DNA of 64,000 nt from an uncultured Gammaproteobacteria bacterium (GTDB taxonomy: Bacteria; Pseudomonadota; Gammaproteobacteria; Nitrococcales; Aquisalimonadaceae). Shown here piece after piece: positions 29,269 through 40,247 of the stretch. The notes beneath the pieces were generated by a model. It saw only the letters and a program-made list of their open reading frames with translations, was not told the origin of the DNA and did not search any database. Within the stretch, counting starts at the first letter, position 1, and each line of letters opens with the position of its first letter. The translations under genes and the position numbers were made by a program. The stretch covers positions 32,770 through 96,769 of the forward strand of contig CAVQFO010000020.1 of the NCBI GenBank assembly GCA_963711725.1. The letters are read 5' to 3'.

Positions 29269-29295
29269 AATCCGGCCAAGCCGCAACACTGTCCC

Positions 29296-30714
29296 TTAAT
29301 CCTCGAAGGGAACCACCTTTCCCGGATTCAGAATTCCCTCCGGGTCCAGCGCCCCCTTGAGCCGCCGCATCAAATCCACTTCGACGTCCGATTTGTAGCG
29401 CAACACATCCTTGGGTTTGAGCTGCCCCACGCCGTGTTCGGCGGCGAAGGACCCGTGCATATCGGCGACGAGGTCGTGGACAATCTCGTTGAACTCGTTC
29501 CAGCGGGCGAGAAACGCGGCGGTGTCGGCGCCTTCCGGTTGGGACAGATTAAAGTGAATGTTGCCGTCGCCGATGTGGCCGAAGGCGCAGACGCGGATGC
29601 CGGGCAGGCGTTGTTCCACCCGTGCGGTGGCTTCGCGGAGGAAGGCGGGGATCTGGGAGACGGGCACCGATATATCGTGTTTGATGCTGCCGCCTTCCTG
29701 CTTCTGGGCCGGTGGGATGCCCTTGCGGATGGCCCAGAGGGCTTCGCGGGCGTCCGGCGTATCGGCAATTCGGGCTTCGCCTACGATGCCGTCGGCCCGG
29801 GCGTGGGCGATGGTGGCCGACAGCGTGCGATGGAGATGGCCGTCGGGCGTGGCACCGCTGAGGTCGATGAGCAGATACCAGGCGTGGGGTTCGGCGAACG
29901 GTTCCCGGCAGTCGTCGCGGTGGCGGACGGCAAATGCCACGGGTGTGCGCGCCATGATCTCGCAGGCGGTGACGGCATCGCCGCTGGCCTCGCGTAAGCG
30001 GTTGAGCAGTTCCAGGGCCTGGTCGGGGTTGTCCAGGCCGGCCAGGGCGGTCTGGACGTCGTGGGGTGCGGGAAAGAGCTTGAGTGTGGCCGCGGTGATG
30101 ATCCCCAAGGTGCCTTCGGCGCCGATGAACAGATCCCGAAGGTCATAGCTGCTGTTGTCCTTGCGCAGCCGGGTCAGTCCGTCCCATATACGGCCGTCGG
30201 CGAGAACCACCTCCAGGCCGAGCGCCAGGTCGCGCGTGTTGCCGTAGTGGAGAACGTTCATTCCGCCGGCGTTGGTGGAAAGGTTGCCGCCGATGGTGCA
30301 GCGGTCCTCGGCAGCGTAGCTCAGCGGGAAAAAGCGGTCGGCCTCTTGGGCGGCAGCCTGGATGTCGGCGAGGATGCAGCCGGCCTCCACGGTCATGGTG
30401 TAATTGGCGGCGTCCACGCCCCGCACCCGGTTCATGCGCCGCAGGCTGAGGATGATCTGCCGGCCGGATTCGTCGGGGACGCCGCCACCGCACAGCCCGG
30501 TGTTGCCCCCCTGGGGGACCACTGCAATCCCGGCCTCGGCGCACAAGCGCACCAGAGCGGAGACTTCTTCGGTGTTTCGCGGCAAGGCGACGCCGGCAGA
30601 GGTGCCATGGAACAGGCCGCGCTGCTCCGACAGGTAGGGCGCCATCGGGCCGGGATCGGCGATCCAGCCGTCCGGGCCGAGCAGGGTGGCGATGTTGCTT
30701 AAGGCCTTTTTCAT
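29296..30714 (-). CDS. FAD-linked oxidase (GlcD / D-lactate / D-2-hydroxyglutarate dehydrogenase family)
   Basis: Start MKKALSNIA at 30714. ..VVPQGGNTGLCGG.. FAD-binding PCMH domain; ..RKDNSSYDLRDLFIGAEGTLGIIT..; C-terminus ..HGSFAAEHGVGQLK... Confidence 0.8.
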   Translation of the reverse strand: MKKALSNIATLLGPDGWIADPGPMAPYLSEQRGLFHGTSAGVALPRNTEEVSALVRLCAEAGIAVVPQGGNTGLCGGGVPDESGRQIILSLRRMNRVRGVDAANYTMTVEAGCILADIQAAAQEADRFFPLSYAAEDRCTIGGNLSTNAGGMNVLHYGNTRDLALGLEVVLADGRIWDGLTRLRKDNSSYDLRDLFIGAEGTLGIITAATLKLFPAPHDVQTALAGLDNPDQALELLNRLREASGDAVTACEIMARTPVAFAVRHRDDCREPFAEPHAWYLLIDLSGATPDGHLHRTLSATIAHARADGIVGEARIADTPDAREALWAIRKGIPPAQKQEGGSIKHDISVPVSQIPAFLREATARVEQRLPGIRVCAFGHIGDGNIHFNLSQPEGADTAAFLARWNEFNEIVHDLVADMHGSFAAEHGVGQLKPKDVLRYKSDVEVDLMRRLKGALDPEGILNPGKVVPFED

Positions 30715-30842
30715 GGGCGGCGGGCCGGTCAAAGCGGGATGGCTTACCAAGCTTCAGCAAGTATTCCCAGGCCTCAAAGCGATCAGGCGCTCCCTTTGGG
30801 CGGCCGCCGAGGCATGGGGATACGGGTCGAAAGGCTAGTATA

Positions 30843-31952
30843 ATGCCAGACGCTGCCATGAGCGACGAGCCCGACACTACCGCTTCCCGCAAGATCATCC
30901 ATGTGGATATGGACGCGTTCTACGCGTCCGTGGAGCAGCGGGACGACCCCGCGCTGCGTGGACAGCCGGTAATCGTGGGCGGTTCGCCCGATCGGCGGGG
31001 CGTGGTGGCGGCGGCCAGCTACGAGGCGCGGCGCTTCGGCATCCATTCGGCCATGCCCTCGGCCCGGGCCGTCCGGCTCTGTCCCCACGCCGTTTTCATC
31101 CGGCCTCGTTTCGAGGTGTATCGCTCGGTTTCGCGGCAAATCCGGGCCATCTTTCATTCCTATACGCCCTTCGTGGAGCCGCTTTCCCTGGATGAGGCCT
31201 ATCTGGACGTCACCGAAACCCGGGGTTACAAGGGCTCGGCGACGTTGATCGCGCGCGAGATCAAGCGTCGGATCAAAGCCCAGACGGATCTGACCGCCTC
31301 CGCCGGGGTCTCCTACAACAAGTTTCTGGCTAAGCTGGCCTCGGACATGGACAAGCCGGACGGCCTTTATGTAATCAAGCCGGAGGAGGGCGAGGGGTTT
31401 GTCGCGAGCCTGCCGGTGGGCCGGTTTCATGGTGTGGGGGCTGCCACAGAGGCGCGTATGAAAGCGCTGGGCATTCACACCGGCGCCGACCTGCGAAAGT
31501 GGTCGCTGGAGGCGTTGCAGGCCCGCTTCGGGAAGCGGGCGGGCTTCTATTTTCACATCGCACGAGGCGAGGATTTCCGGCCGGTGGAGCCCCGCCGGGA
31601 ACGCAAGTCGCTGGGCTCCGAGGCCACGTTCGCCGAAGACCTGGTGGACCCGGCGGAAATGCTGGCCCGTATCGAACCTCTGGCGGCCGACGTCGCCCGG
31701 CAACTGGGCTTGAAGAACCTGCAAGGCTATACGCTGACCCTGAAGGTGAAATACGCGGACTTTCAGCAGATCACCCGCTCCCAGACTCGTGCCGAGCCCT
31801 ATCGCGATGCCGCCGATATGATGTCCATGGTGCCAAGGCTTCTCGCGCGGACTGACGTCGCCGAGCGGCCCGTCAGGCTGCTCGGGGTGACAGTATCGAC
31901 GCTGGAGCAGCGGAAGGGTGAGGTTGACGTCCCACAATTGGGGCTTTTTTGA
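30843..31952 (+). CDS. dinB: DNA polymerase IV (Y-family)
   Basis: IIHVDMDAFYASVEQRDDPALRGQPVIVGG, SYEARRFGIHSAMP and SLDEAYLDVT. The start could instead be ATG 30858. Confidence 0.9.
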   Translation: MPDAAMSDEPDTTASRKIIHVDMDAFYASVEQRDDPALRGQPVIVGGSPDRRGVVAAASYEARRFGIHSAMPSARAVRLCPHAVFIRPRFEVYRSVSRQIRAIFHSYTPFVEPLSLDEAYLDVTETRGYKGSATLIAREIKRRIKAQTDLTASAGVSYNKFLAKLASDMDKPDGLYVIKPEEGEGFVASLPVGRFHGVGAATEARMKALGIHTGADLRKWSLEALQARFGKRAGFYFHIARGEDFRPVEPRRERKSLGSEATFAEDLVDPAEMLARIEPLAADVARQLGLKNLQGYTLTLKVKYADFQQITRSQTRAEPYRDAADMMSMVPRLLARTDVAERPVRLLGVTVSTLEQRKGEVDVPQLGLF

Positions 31953-32224
31953 ATAATCGTTCTGTTGCTTTGTAGTTTAGACCTGGTTTTGTGTATTGGT
32001 GGGATATAGTGCATTAAATTTGTTTATTTGTTAGGTGCAGGTGGGAGGGAAATAATGGTTTGTATCGAAAAGTCGTGTGTTGTGGGTGGATGGTCGTCAT
32101 TTCTCCCGCGGCTGTTATAAAGGGGTTCGTCGTTTCCCGCCTCGGGGTTTGGGGGATCCGTATGGCCGGAATCACCACTTCGCGGCATACTCCGCCCTCA
32201 TTGTTTTAAACGAACGGGCAGTCA

Positions 32225-32818
32225 GTGATCGAACAAGAGCGCTATGTTTCGCGCCGTGGTTGGGGGCAGCGATTGGCAAGAGGTGTGCTGGCGGCCGCCG
32301 GCTGGTCGGTGGAAATGAGTCAGCCTCGGTGCCGCAAGTATGTGCTGGTGGGGGCGTGGCATACGTCCAATTGGGACTTCATTCTCGGCTTGCTGGCCAT
32401 GTTCGCCATCGGCTTCCGTTTTCGCTGGATGGGCAAGGACACCTTGTTCCGCCCGCCCTTTGGCGGGGTGATGCGCGCGTTGGGCGGTATCTCCATTGAT
32501 CGCAGCACCCGCCACAACACGATCGAGCAGATGGCCGCGGAGTTCCGCGACCGGGACGAACTGGTATTGCTCATCACCCCGGAAGGTACCCGCAGCTACC
32601 GCGATTGCTGGAAGTCAGGGTTTTACTACATCGCCCGGGAGGCCGGCGTGCCTATCTATCTGGGCTACGTGGACTACGCCAATAGCCGCCTCGGCATCGG
32701 GCCGGGTTTTGTTCCGGGCGACGATGTGGAAGAGGATCTGCAGCGCATCCGGGATTTCTACGCCGACAAGCGGGGAAAGTTTCCCGAGAAGCACGGAGCG
32801 ATTCGGTTCAAGGGGTGA
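32225..32818 (+). CDS. Lysophospholipid (1-acyl-sn-glycerol-3-phosphate) acyltransferase family protein
   Basis: GTG start. AWHTSNWDF (HxxxxD motif) and ITPEGTRS (PEGTR motif). Confidence 0.7.
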   Translation: MIEQERYVSRRGWGQRLARGVLAAAGWSVEMSQPRCRKYVLVGAWHTSNWDFILGLLAMFAIGFRFRWMGKDTLFRPPFGGVMRALGGISIDRSTRHNTIEQMAAEFRDRDELVLLITPEGTRSYRDCWKSGFYYIAREAGVPIYLGYVDYANSRLGIGPGFVPGDDVEEDLQRIRDFYADKRGKFPEKHGAIRFKG

Positions 32819-32829
32819 GCGCCGGCGGA

Positions 32830-33020
32830 GGTTCGCGGCGATGAGCGCAGTTCCTGCGGGTTCGGAAGCGGATATTCATTATGCTTCAGGACAGGAAGAG
32901 CACGGAGCCCTTTGAGCAACGGCGTGTGCAATTGTCTGAAAGATGACCTTCGTGATTCTTCGTGTACCCTTCGTGGCCCGAAACGTTCGATCATTCGCGG
33001 TCGACACGACCGCTCCTTGT
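32830..33020. repeat. Family D composite repeat
   Basis: ggttcgcggcgatgagcgcagttcctgc, caggacaggaagagcacggag, ccttcgtgattcttcgtgtacccttcgtgg and cattcgcggtcgacacgaccgctcc. Confidence 0.65.
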
Positions 33021-33106
33021 ATCTTGGCACTTGCGTTGTTAAGGAGAACAACGTGCCGGCCCCTTTCCGTAGGGGCGGCGTTCATTAGCGCGGACGGTTT
33101 ACCCGC

Positions 33107-34585
33107 CTAGTCCGCCATCACCGTCCGCCCCTCGGCCCACGCCCGCAGTGCGTTCAGCTTTTCGGACATGACGGTGCTCAGCGGGCGGGTCTGGCGGATT
33201 TCGGCCAGGACGTGCCCGGTGTTCAGGTCGAGGCGCTGTTCCCGGGCCAGGTACAGCCCGGAGACCACGGCCTGTTCGATTTCAGCGCCTGAGAAGCCGT
33301 CCGATGCCGCTGCGAGCTTTTCCAGATCGAATTCCACCGGGTCCATTCCGCGTTTGCGCAGATGGATCTCGAAGATCTGCCGGCGCACGTCGGGTGAGGG
33401 CAGGTCCACGAAGAAGATCTCGTCGAGCCGGCCCTTGCGCACCAGTTCCGGCGGCAGCCGGTCGATGGCGTTGGCGGTGGCGACGATGAACACGGGTTTG
33501 CGGTTTTCCGCCATCCAGGTGAGCAGCGTGCCCAGGATGCGCTGGGAAACGCCGCCGTCGTTGTCCCCCTGGGCTACCGCCTTTTCGATTTCGTCGATCC
33601 ATAGCACGCAGGGCGACATGACCTCGGCGGTCTTGATGGCCTCGCGCAGGTTGCGCTCGGTTTCGCCGAAGAACTTGTTATAGAGCGAGCCTACGTCCAG
33701 GCGCAGCAGGGGAAGGCCCCACAGGCCCGCGACGGCCTTGGCGGCCAGGCTCTTGCCGCCGCCTTGAACGCCTACCAGCAGAATGCCCTTGGGCGGATCC
33801 AACACCGGGTCGGGTTCCACGAAGGCGCTTTGGCGCCGTTGCAGCCAGGCCTTGAGCTGGTTCAGGCCGCCCACGTCTGAAAATCGGGCGGTGTCGTACT
33901 CGAAGGACAGGGCGCCGCCGCGATCCAGCAACCGGTACTTGGCTTCCATGACGGTGGGCAGGTCGCTTTCGGTGATGGCGCCGTCGTCGCGGATCGCGCC
34001 GCGCGCCAGGCGGCGGGCGTCCCGTGCCGTGAGCCCGGTCAGGTTCTGGACCAGCCGGTCCAGGGTGGAGCGGTCGGTCTGGACCTTGCGCCCGCCGTTG
34101 TCCTGGCACCATTTGTTGGCTTCTTCGCGGACGATTTCTTCCAGGTCGGCCTTTTCCGGCAGGGCCAGGTCGAAACGGGCGGTGAATACCCGCAGTTCCG
34201 GCGGTATTTCACAGCGGTGGCTGACCAGCACCAGGGTGTGCGGCACCTCGGAGTAGTTCAGCGCGATTTCCTTGAGCAGCCGGACGTTGACCGCGTCGTC
34301 CAGATAGGGGTGAAAGTCCGCCAGCAGGTAGACGCCGCCCTTGGTGCAGGCCCGGATGTGTTTCAGCGCTTCCACGGGGTCGGCGGTCGGGCGATTGGGT
34401 GGAGTCTCGAATTCGGCGCGTCGCACGCCGTCGGTCACGCTCCAGTGAAACAGCGGGCGGCCCACTCGCATGATCAACTGACGAAACATGTCGATGACCC
34501 GCCGCTCCTCCAAGGTCTCGGCGACGATCAGCGGGACGTGGGACTGAAGCAGCAGCTCCAGATCGTGGAGATTGTCGGTGCTCAC
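33107..34585 (-). CDS. AAA+ ATPase, Ycf46-like
   Basis: 492 aa. N-domain HDLELLLQSHVPLIVAETLEERRV, as in Ycf46. Walker A GVQGGGKS, Walker B VLWIDEIEK, second region of homology ..ATANAIDRLPPELVRKGRLDEIFFVDLP. Confidence 0.8.
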   Translation of the reverse strand: MSTDNLHDLELLLQSHVPLIVAETLEERRVIDMFRQLIMRVGRPLFHWSVTDGVRRAEFETPPNRPTADPVEALKHIRACTKGGVYLLADFHPYLDDAVNVRLLKEIALNYSEVPHTLVLVSHRCEIPPELRVFTARFDLALPEKADLEEIVREEANKWCQDNGGRKVQTDRSTLDRLVQNLTGLTARDARRLARGAIRDDGAITESDLPTVMEAKYRLLDRGGALSFEYDTARFSDVGGLNQLKAWLQRRQSAFVEPDPVLDPPKGILLVGVQGGGKSLAAKAVAGLWGLPLLRLDVGSLYNKFFGETERNLREAIKTAEVMSPCVLWIDEIEKAVAQGDNDGGVSQRILGTLLTWMAENRKPVFIVATANAIDRLPPELVRKGRLDEIFFVDLPSPDVRRQIFEIHLRKRGMDPVEFDLEKLAAASDGFSGAEIEQAVVSGLYLAREQRLDLNTGHVLAEIRQTRPLSTVMSEKLNALRAWAEGRTVMAD

Positions 34586-34687
34586 GTTTTTTCGTTCTTT
34601 GGCCGGGCTGGATTTGGATTGTGCCCATGGATTCTATCGATTCCCGGGGGCATCGGCGAGGAGGCGCGCACCCCGTCGCGTGGGAAT

Positions 34688-34927
34688 CTAAAGCGGCGTG
34701 AAACGATCTATCCGATCCAGCCGGATTTCGATGGCCTCGCGACCGGTGGGGCGATGGGCGATGAGGTATTCCTCGTGATTGCGCGTCTGCAGATCCACGG
34801 GAAGCAGGGGCTCCAGGTGGCGGGAGCCGTCCAGCTCGTGCCAGCCGACCCGCAGTCGCGTGCCATGGACGATGGCAACCTCCAGCTCGGCGTAGGTCTG
34901 GCAGGAAATGGGATGGTAGTCTGTCAT
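34688..34927 (-). CDS. rof: Rho-binding antiterminator Rof
   Basis: MTDYHPISCQTYAELEVAI...EEYLIA...EIRLDRIDRF is collinear with E. coli Rof (..YQPINCDDYDNLELAC...VEYLVV...ELRLDKITSF). Confidence 0.75.
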   Translation of the reverse strand: MTDYHPISCQTYAELEVAIVHGTRLRVGWHELDGSRHLEPLLPVDLQTRNHEEYLIAHRPTGREAIEIRLDRIDRFTPL

Positions 34928-34983
34928 CGCTCCACCGCACGGTTCGACTTGTTACCGTTAAGAATAACCGGGTCTGCGGGCCC

Positions 34984-35373
34984 ATGGGAGGTTTCTTGTA
35001 TCAGGCGCTGAAACATACCCACATGCTGATGGTTGCCCTGACCATCCTGCTGTTCGTGCTTCGCGGACTATGGATGATGCTGGATTCGCCGCGGCTCAAG
35101 GACAAGTGGGTCCGCATTCTTCCCCACGTGATTGATACATTGCTGTTGATCACCGGGTTGTGGATGGCGATCGGGTATTGGGACTGGCCCTCGGCCGGGC
35201 AGGGTTGGATCACGGCGAAGATCGTGGCGCTGATTGTCTACATCGGCCTGGGAACCGTGGCGATCAAGCGGGGCCGGACCAAGGCGGTGCGCACGGCGGC
35301 ATTTTGCGGCGCACTGCTGGTGGTGGCCTACATCGTGGCCGTGGCCTTTGCGAAGAACCCGATTCCCTGGTAG
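34984..35373 (+). CDS. SirB2 (YchQ)-family inner membrane protein
   Basis: 129 aa, 4 TM. ..LKHTHMLMVALTILLFVLRG..LPHVIDTLLLITG..KIVALIVYIGLG.. fits the SirB2 pattern. Confidence 0.6.
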   Translation: MGGFLYQALKHTHMLMVALTILLFVLRGLWMMLDSPRLKDKWVRILPHVIDTLLLITGLWMAIGYWDWPSAGQGWITAKIVALIVYIGLGTVAIKRGRTKAVRTAAFCGALLVVAYIVAVAFAKNPIPW

Positions 35374-35571
35374 TCAGTCGTCGCGGTCCACGGTGACGCC
35401 CAGCGGTTCGCCCCGGGCGTCCACCCGGGCGGCGAATTCGATGGGTCGGCAGCAGACCTCGCAGTCCTCCACATAGCTCTGGGAGCCGGCGGAATAGTCG
35501 ACCATGGTGGTGAAGGTCTCGCCGCAGTACGGGCATTCCACCGTTTCCTCGACCAGCATTTCCTCGTTCAT
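35374..35571 (-). CDS. CPXCG motif-containing cysteine-rich small protein
   Basis: 65 aa. VECPYCGETF...EDCEVCCRPI. Confidence 0.7.
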   Translation of the reverse strand: MNEEMLVEETVECPYCGETFTTMVDYSAGSQSYVEDCEVCCRPIEFAARVDARGEPLGVTVDRDD

Positions 35572-36725
35572 GGCGCCTCCGGAAGGAAGATCTCCAACAG
35601 GCTGTTGAGGTACCGCTGGCCGGTTTCCGTGGCGCGCAGGCGGCCTCCGTTCGTGGCCAGCCAGCCGCGCCGTTCGCCTTGCTCGATCATGGCGGCGAAG
35701 GCATCAGACGGCAGCCCCGTGCGCTCGGGGATCAGTTCCAGGGGCACCCCGTCGTTCAATCTCAGGGCGTTCATCATGAACTCAAGCACGATATCCGGCG
35801 CGTTGAGGGACCACCGCTCGGCCGTGGCCTCGGCGTCTCCCGCCTTGGCCATGTAACTGGCCGGCACGCGGACCTTGCGGTATCGCTCGATCCGGCCGGC
35901 TCGCGGGTCGGTCAACTTGCCGTGGGCGCCGGCGCCCAGGGCCAGGTAATCGCCGAAGGTCCAGTAGTTCAGGTTGTGCCTGCACTCACGGCCGGGTCGG
36001 GCATACGCGGATACTTCATATTGCCGATAGCCGGCGGCGGCAAGCTCCGCCTGGCAGTCGTCCTGCATGGCGTATGCGGTGTCGTCGTCCGGCAGGATCG
36101 GCGGCTTGGCGTGGAAGACCGTATTGGGCTCCAGCGTGAGTTGGTAGTGGGAGATATGGCTGGGCGCCAGTTCGATGGCCTGGCGAATATCAGCCAGCGC
36201 CTGCTCCTGGGATTGCCCGGGCAGGGCGAACATCAAGTCCAGGTTGAAGTTGTCGAATCCGGCGGCGCTTGCGGCTCGGGCGGCGGTCAGCGCCTCGTCG
36301 CGCCCGTGAATGCGGCCCAGCCGCGCCAGGTGTTCGTCGTTGAAGCTTTGAATGCCGATGGACAGCCGGTTCACGCCGGCCCGGCGATAACCCTCGAAAC
36401 GCGCCTGCTCCACGGTTCCGGGATTCGCCTCGAGTGTGATCTCCGCGGCCGGAGACAGCGTCAGGTGCCGGTTCGCCGCTTCCAGCAGCGCCGCCACCGA
36501 GGCGGGTGGGAACAGGCTCGGAGTGCCGCCGCCGATGAAGATGGTCTCCACCGTCCGGCCGCCGGCCGCCGGGGCCTCCCGTTCCAGGTCCCGTAGCAGC
36601 GCGGCGAGGTAATCGTCCGTGGGAAGTTCGCCGCGCACCTCATGGGAGTTGAAGTCGCAATAGGGGCATTTGCGCACGCACCAGGGCAGGTGAATGTAGA
36701 GGCCCAGAGGCGGGGCGGCGGTCAT
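35568..36725 (-). CDS. hemW: Radical SAM heme chaperone HemW (HemN-like)
   Basis: ATG 36725. LGLYIHLPWCVRKCPYCDFNS (CxxxCxxC) and IFIGGGTPSL. The track start 36929 is over-extended. Confidence 0.85.
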   Translation of the reverse strand: MTAAPPLGLYIHLPWCVRKCPYCDFNSHEVRGELPTDDYLAALLRDLEREAPAAGGRTVETIFIGGGTPSLFPPASVAALLEAANRHLTLSPAAEITLEANPGTVEQARFEGYRRAGVNRLSIGIQSFNDEHLARLGRIHGRDEALTAARAASAAGFDNFNLDLMFALPGQSQEQALADIRQAIELAPSHISHYQLTLEPNTVFHAKPPILPDDDTAYAMQDDCQAELAAAGYRQYEVSAYARPGRECRHNLNYWTFGDYLALGAGAHGKLTDPRAGRIERYRKVRVPASYMAKAGDAEATAERWSLNAPDIVLEFMMNALRLNDGVPLELIPERTGLPSDAFAAMIEQGERRGWLATNGGRLRATETGQRYLNSLLEIFLPEAP

Positions 36726-36748
36726 CGGGTTCACGAGGGTCGTGGGCC

Positions 36749-37345
36749 TTAGCGCCGGCGGCCCAGGGCCTCCACGAGTTTTCGCAGGGCCTGGCCCCGG
36801 TGGCTGAGGCGGTTCTTGGTGGCCGAATCCAGCTCGGCCGAGGTCTTGCCCAGCTCCGGTACGAAGAACAGCGGGTCGTAGCCGAATCCGTTGCCACCCC
36901 GGGGCGAGGTGAGAATGCGGCCTTCCCATGTGCCCTGGCAGATCACGGGCGTGGGGTCATGGGGGTGGCGTACGTAGACCATCAGGCACTGGAATCGCGC
37001 GGTGCGCTCGGCCTCCGGGAGGCCGGCCAGTTCGCCCAGCAGCAGACTGTTGTTGTCGGCGTCCGAGGCGTCTTCCCCGGCGAAGCGCGCGGAATGGATG
37101 CCCGGCTCGCCGTCCAGGGCGTCCACCTCCAGACCCGAGTCGTCGGCAATGGCCGGCAGCGAGGTGTGTTCCGAGGCGTGGCGCGCCTTGATCAGTGCGT
37201 TTTCCACGAAGGTCAGGCCGGTTTCCTCGGGTGACGGCACCAGGTATTCGGATTGCGGCACAACCTCCAGCCCGGAATCGGTGAGCAACTGCGCCACTTC
37301 CCGGACCTTGCCGGGATTGTTGCTGGCAAACACGACTCTGCTCAT
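36749..37345 (-). CDS. rdgB: Non-canonical purine NTP pyrophosphatase (RdgB/HAM1)
   Basis: VVFASNNPGKVREV, DDSGLEVDALDGEPGIHSARF, GFGYDPLF, KNRLSHRGQAL. Confidence 0.9.
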   Translation of the reverse strand: MSRVVFASNNPGKVREVAQLLTDSGLEVVPQSEYLVPSPEETGLTFVENALIKARHASEHTSLPAIADDSGLEVDALDGEPGIHSARFAGEDASDADNNSLLLGELAGLPEAERTARFQCLMVYVRHPHDPTPVICQGTWEGRILTSPRGGNGFGYDPLFFVPELGKTSAELDSATKNRLSHRGQALRKLVEALGRRR

Positions 37346-37360
37346 GACGCGTTCCTCCGC

Positions 37361-38077
37361 CTAGCCGGCGAGGGCTTCCTTCTGCTTTTCGATCAGCGTG
37401 CCTATCCCGCTTTCGGCCAGCGCCAGCATCTGCTGCAGCTCGTCCATGCGGAAGGCGTGGCCCTCGGCGGTGCCCTGGATTTCAACGAAGGCGCCCGCGT
37501 CGTTCATGATCACGTTCATGTCGGTTTCCGCCTCGCTGTCCTCGGCGTAGTCCAGGTCCAGCACCGGGGTTCCCTGGTAGATGCCCACCGAAACCGAGGC
37601 GATGAAGCCATGTAGAGGGTTCTTGCGAATCAGCCCCTTGTCGCGCAGACCGGCAATGGCGTCGCTCAGAGCCACAAAGCCGCCGGTAATGGATGCCGTA
37701 CGGGTGCCGCCGTCGGCCTGGATGACGTCGCAGTCGATAATCAGGCTGCGCTCGCCCAGGGCGTCCATGTCGATGGCGGCGCGAAGCGAGCGGCCGATCA
37801 GGCGTTGGATTTCCAGCGTGCGGCCGCCCTGCTTGCCGCGGGCGGCCTCCCGGTCCATGCGGCTGTGAGTGGAGCGCGGGAGCATGCTGTACTCGGCCGT
37901 TACCCAGCCGCGACCGCTATTGCGAAGGAAACCGGGTACGCGTTCCTGCACCGAGGCGTTGCACAGCACGCGGGTGTCGCCGAACTCCACCAGCACGGAA
38001 CCTTCGGCGTGCTTGGTGAATCCGCGGGTGATTCGAATGGGACGCAGTTCGTCGGGACGTCGACCGCTTGGACGCAT
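37361..38077 (-). CDS. rph: Ribonuclease PH
   Basis: ATG 38077. [86 protein letters not shown]. Confidence 0.9.
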   Translation of the reverse strand: MRPSGRRPDELRPIRITRGFTKHAEGSVLVEFGDTRVLCNASVQERVPGFLRNSGRGWVTAEYSMLPRSTHSRMDREAARGKQGGRTLEIQRLIGRSLRAAIDMDALGERSLIIDCDVIQADGGTRTASITGGFVALSDAIAGLRDKGLIRKNPLHGFIASVSVGIYQGTPVLDLDYAEDSEAETDMNVIMNDAGAFVEIQGTAEGHAFRMDELQQMLALAESGIGTLIEKQKEALAG

Positions 38078-38260
38078 GGGCTGACCTTCTCCTGAATTTG
38101 AAGGGCGAAAAGGGTAACACAGGGCGATGGCCGTCACAGATTCCCGCTTACCGATATTTCCTGAACGACCGCTGTCAACTATAGCGCCCGCGAACCGGCA
38201 GTTTTGCCGCGCCCCAAGAACCAGTAACATGACGGCTTCACCAACTGGAGGGAAGGTGCC

Positions 38261-39759
<1,499 letters not shown>

Positions 39760-39965
39760 CAGGTCCTGACTCGCTTCCCGGTCCGCACTGAGTCCGTCCA
39801 ATATCGACAGGCGGCGCACCGCTCCACGCGGGCGGTTGCCGGTGCTGACTGTATCCTCACCCACCGTTTTCGCGTTAGAATCTAATCAATATGCGGCATT
39901 GTCGGCGTATTTCCGAACGTCGTCCGGTGTCGGGAGTCTAAGTCACAGAGTTTTATGGAGTTTTC

Positions 39966-40232
39966 ATGGCGCGAGTAACGGTTGAAGATTGTCTGGGCAG
40001 TGTAAAGAATCGCTTTGAGCTGGTCTTGGTGGCGTCCAAACGAGCGCGACAGATCGCAAACGGTTCCGAACCCTACCTGGAATGGGACAACGACAAGCCC
40101 ACGGTAATGGCTCTGCGCGAGATCGCCGAGGGATACGTCACCCCGGAAATCCTCACGCGCAAGCCGGAGCCTGATTTTGCCCAGGAGCTGGCCCAGGAAG
40201 AGGCCGAAGGGGAGGGCGAGGCGCAAGCCTGA
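39966..40232 (+). CDS. rpoZ: DNA-directed RNA polymerase subunit omega
   Basis: [30 protein letters not shown]. Confidence 0.9.
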   Translation: MARVTVEDCLGSVKNRFELVLVASKRARQIANGSEPYLEWDNDKPTVMALREIAEGYVTPEILTRKPEPDFAQELAQEEAEGEGEAQA

Positions 40233-40247
40233 CCTCTTGGAGGGCCT

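Noticed and set aside
28600-29295. CRISPR array, suggested by the many short palindromic repeats
   Set aside because: The repeats are heterogeneous families, not regularly spaced identical direct repeats. There are no unique spacers of uniform length and no cas genes in the window.
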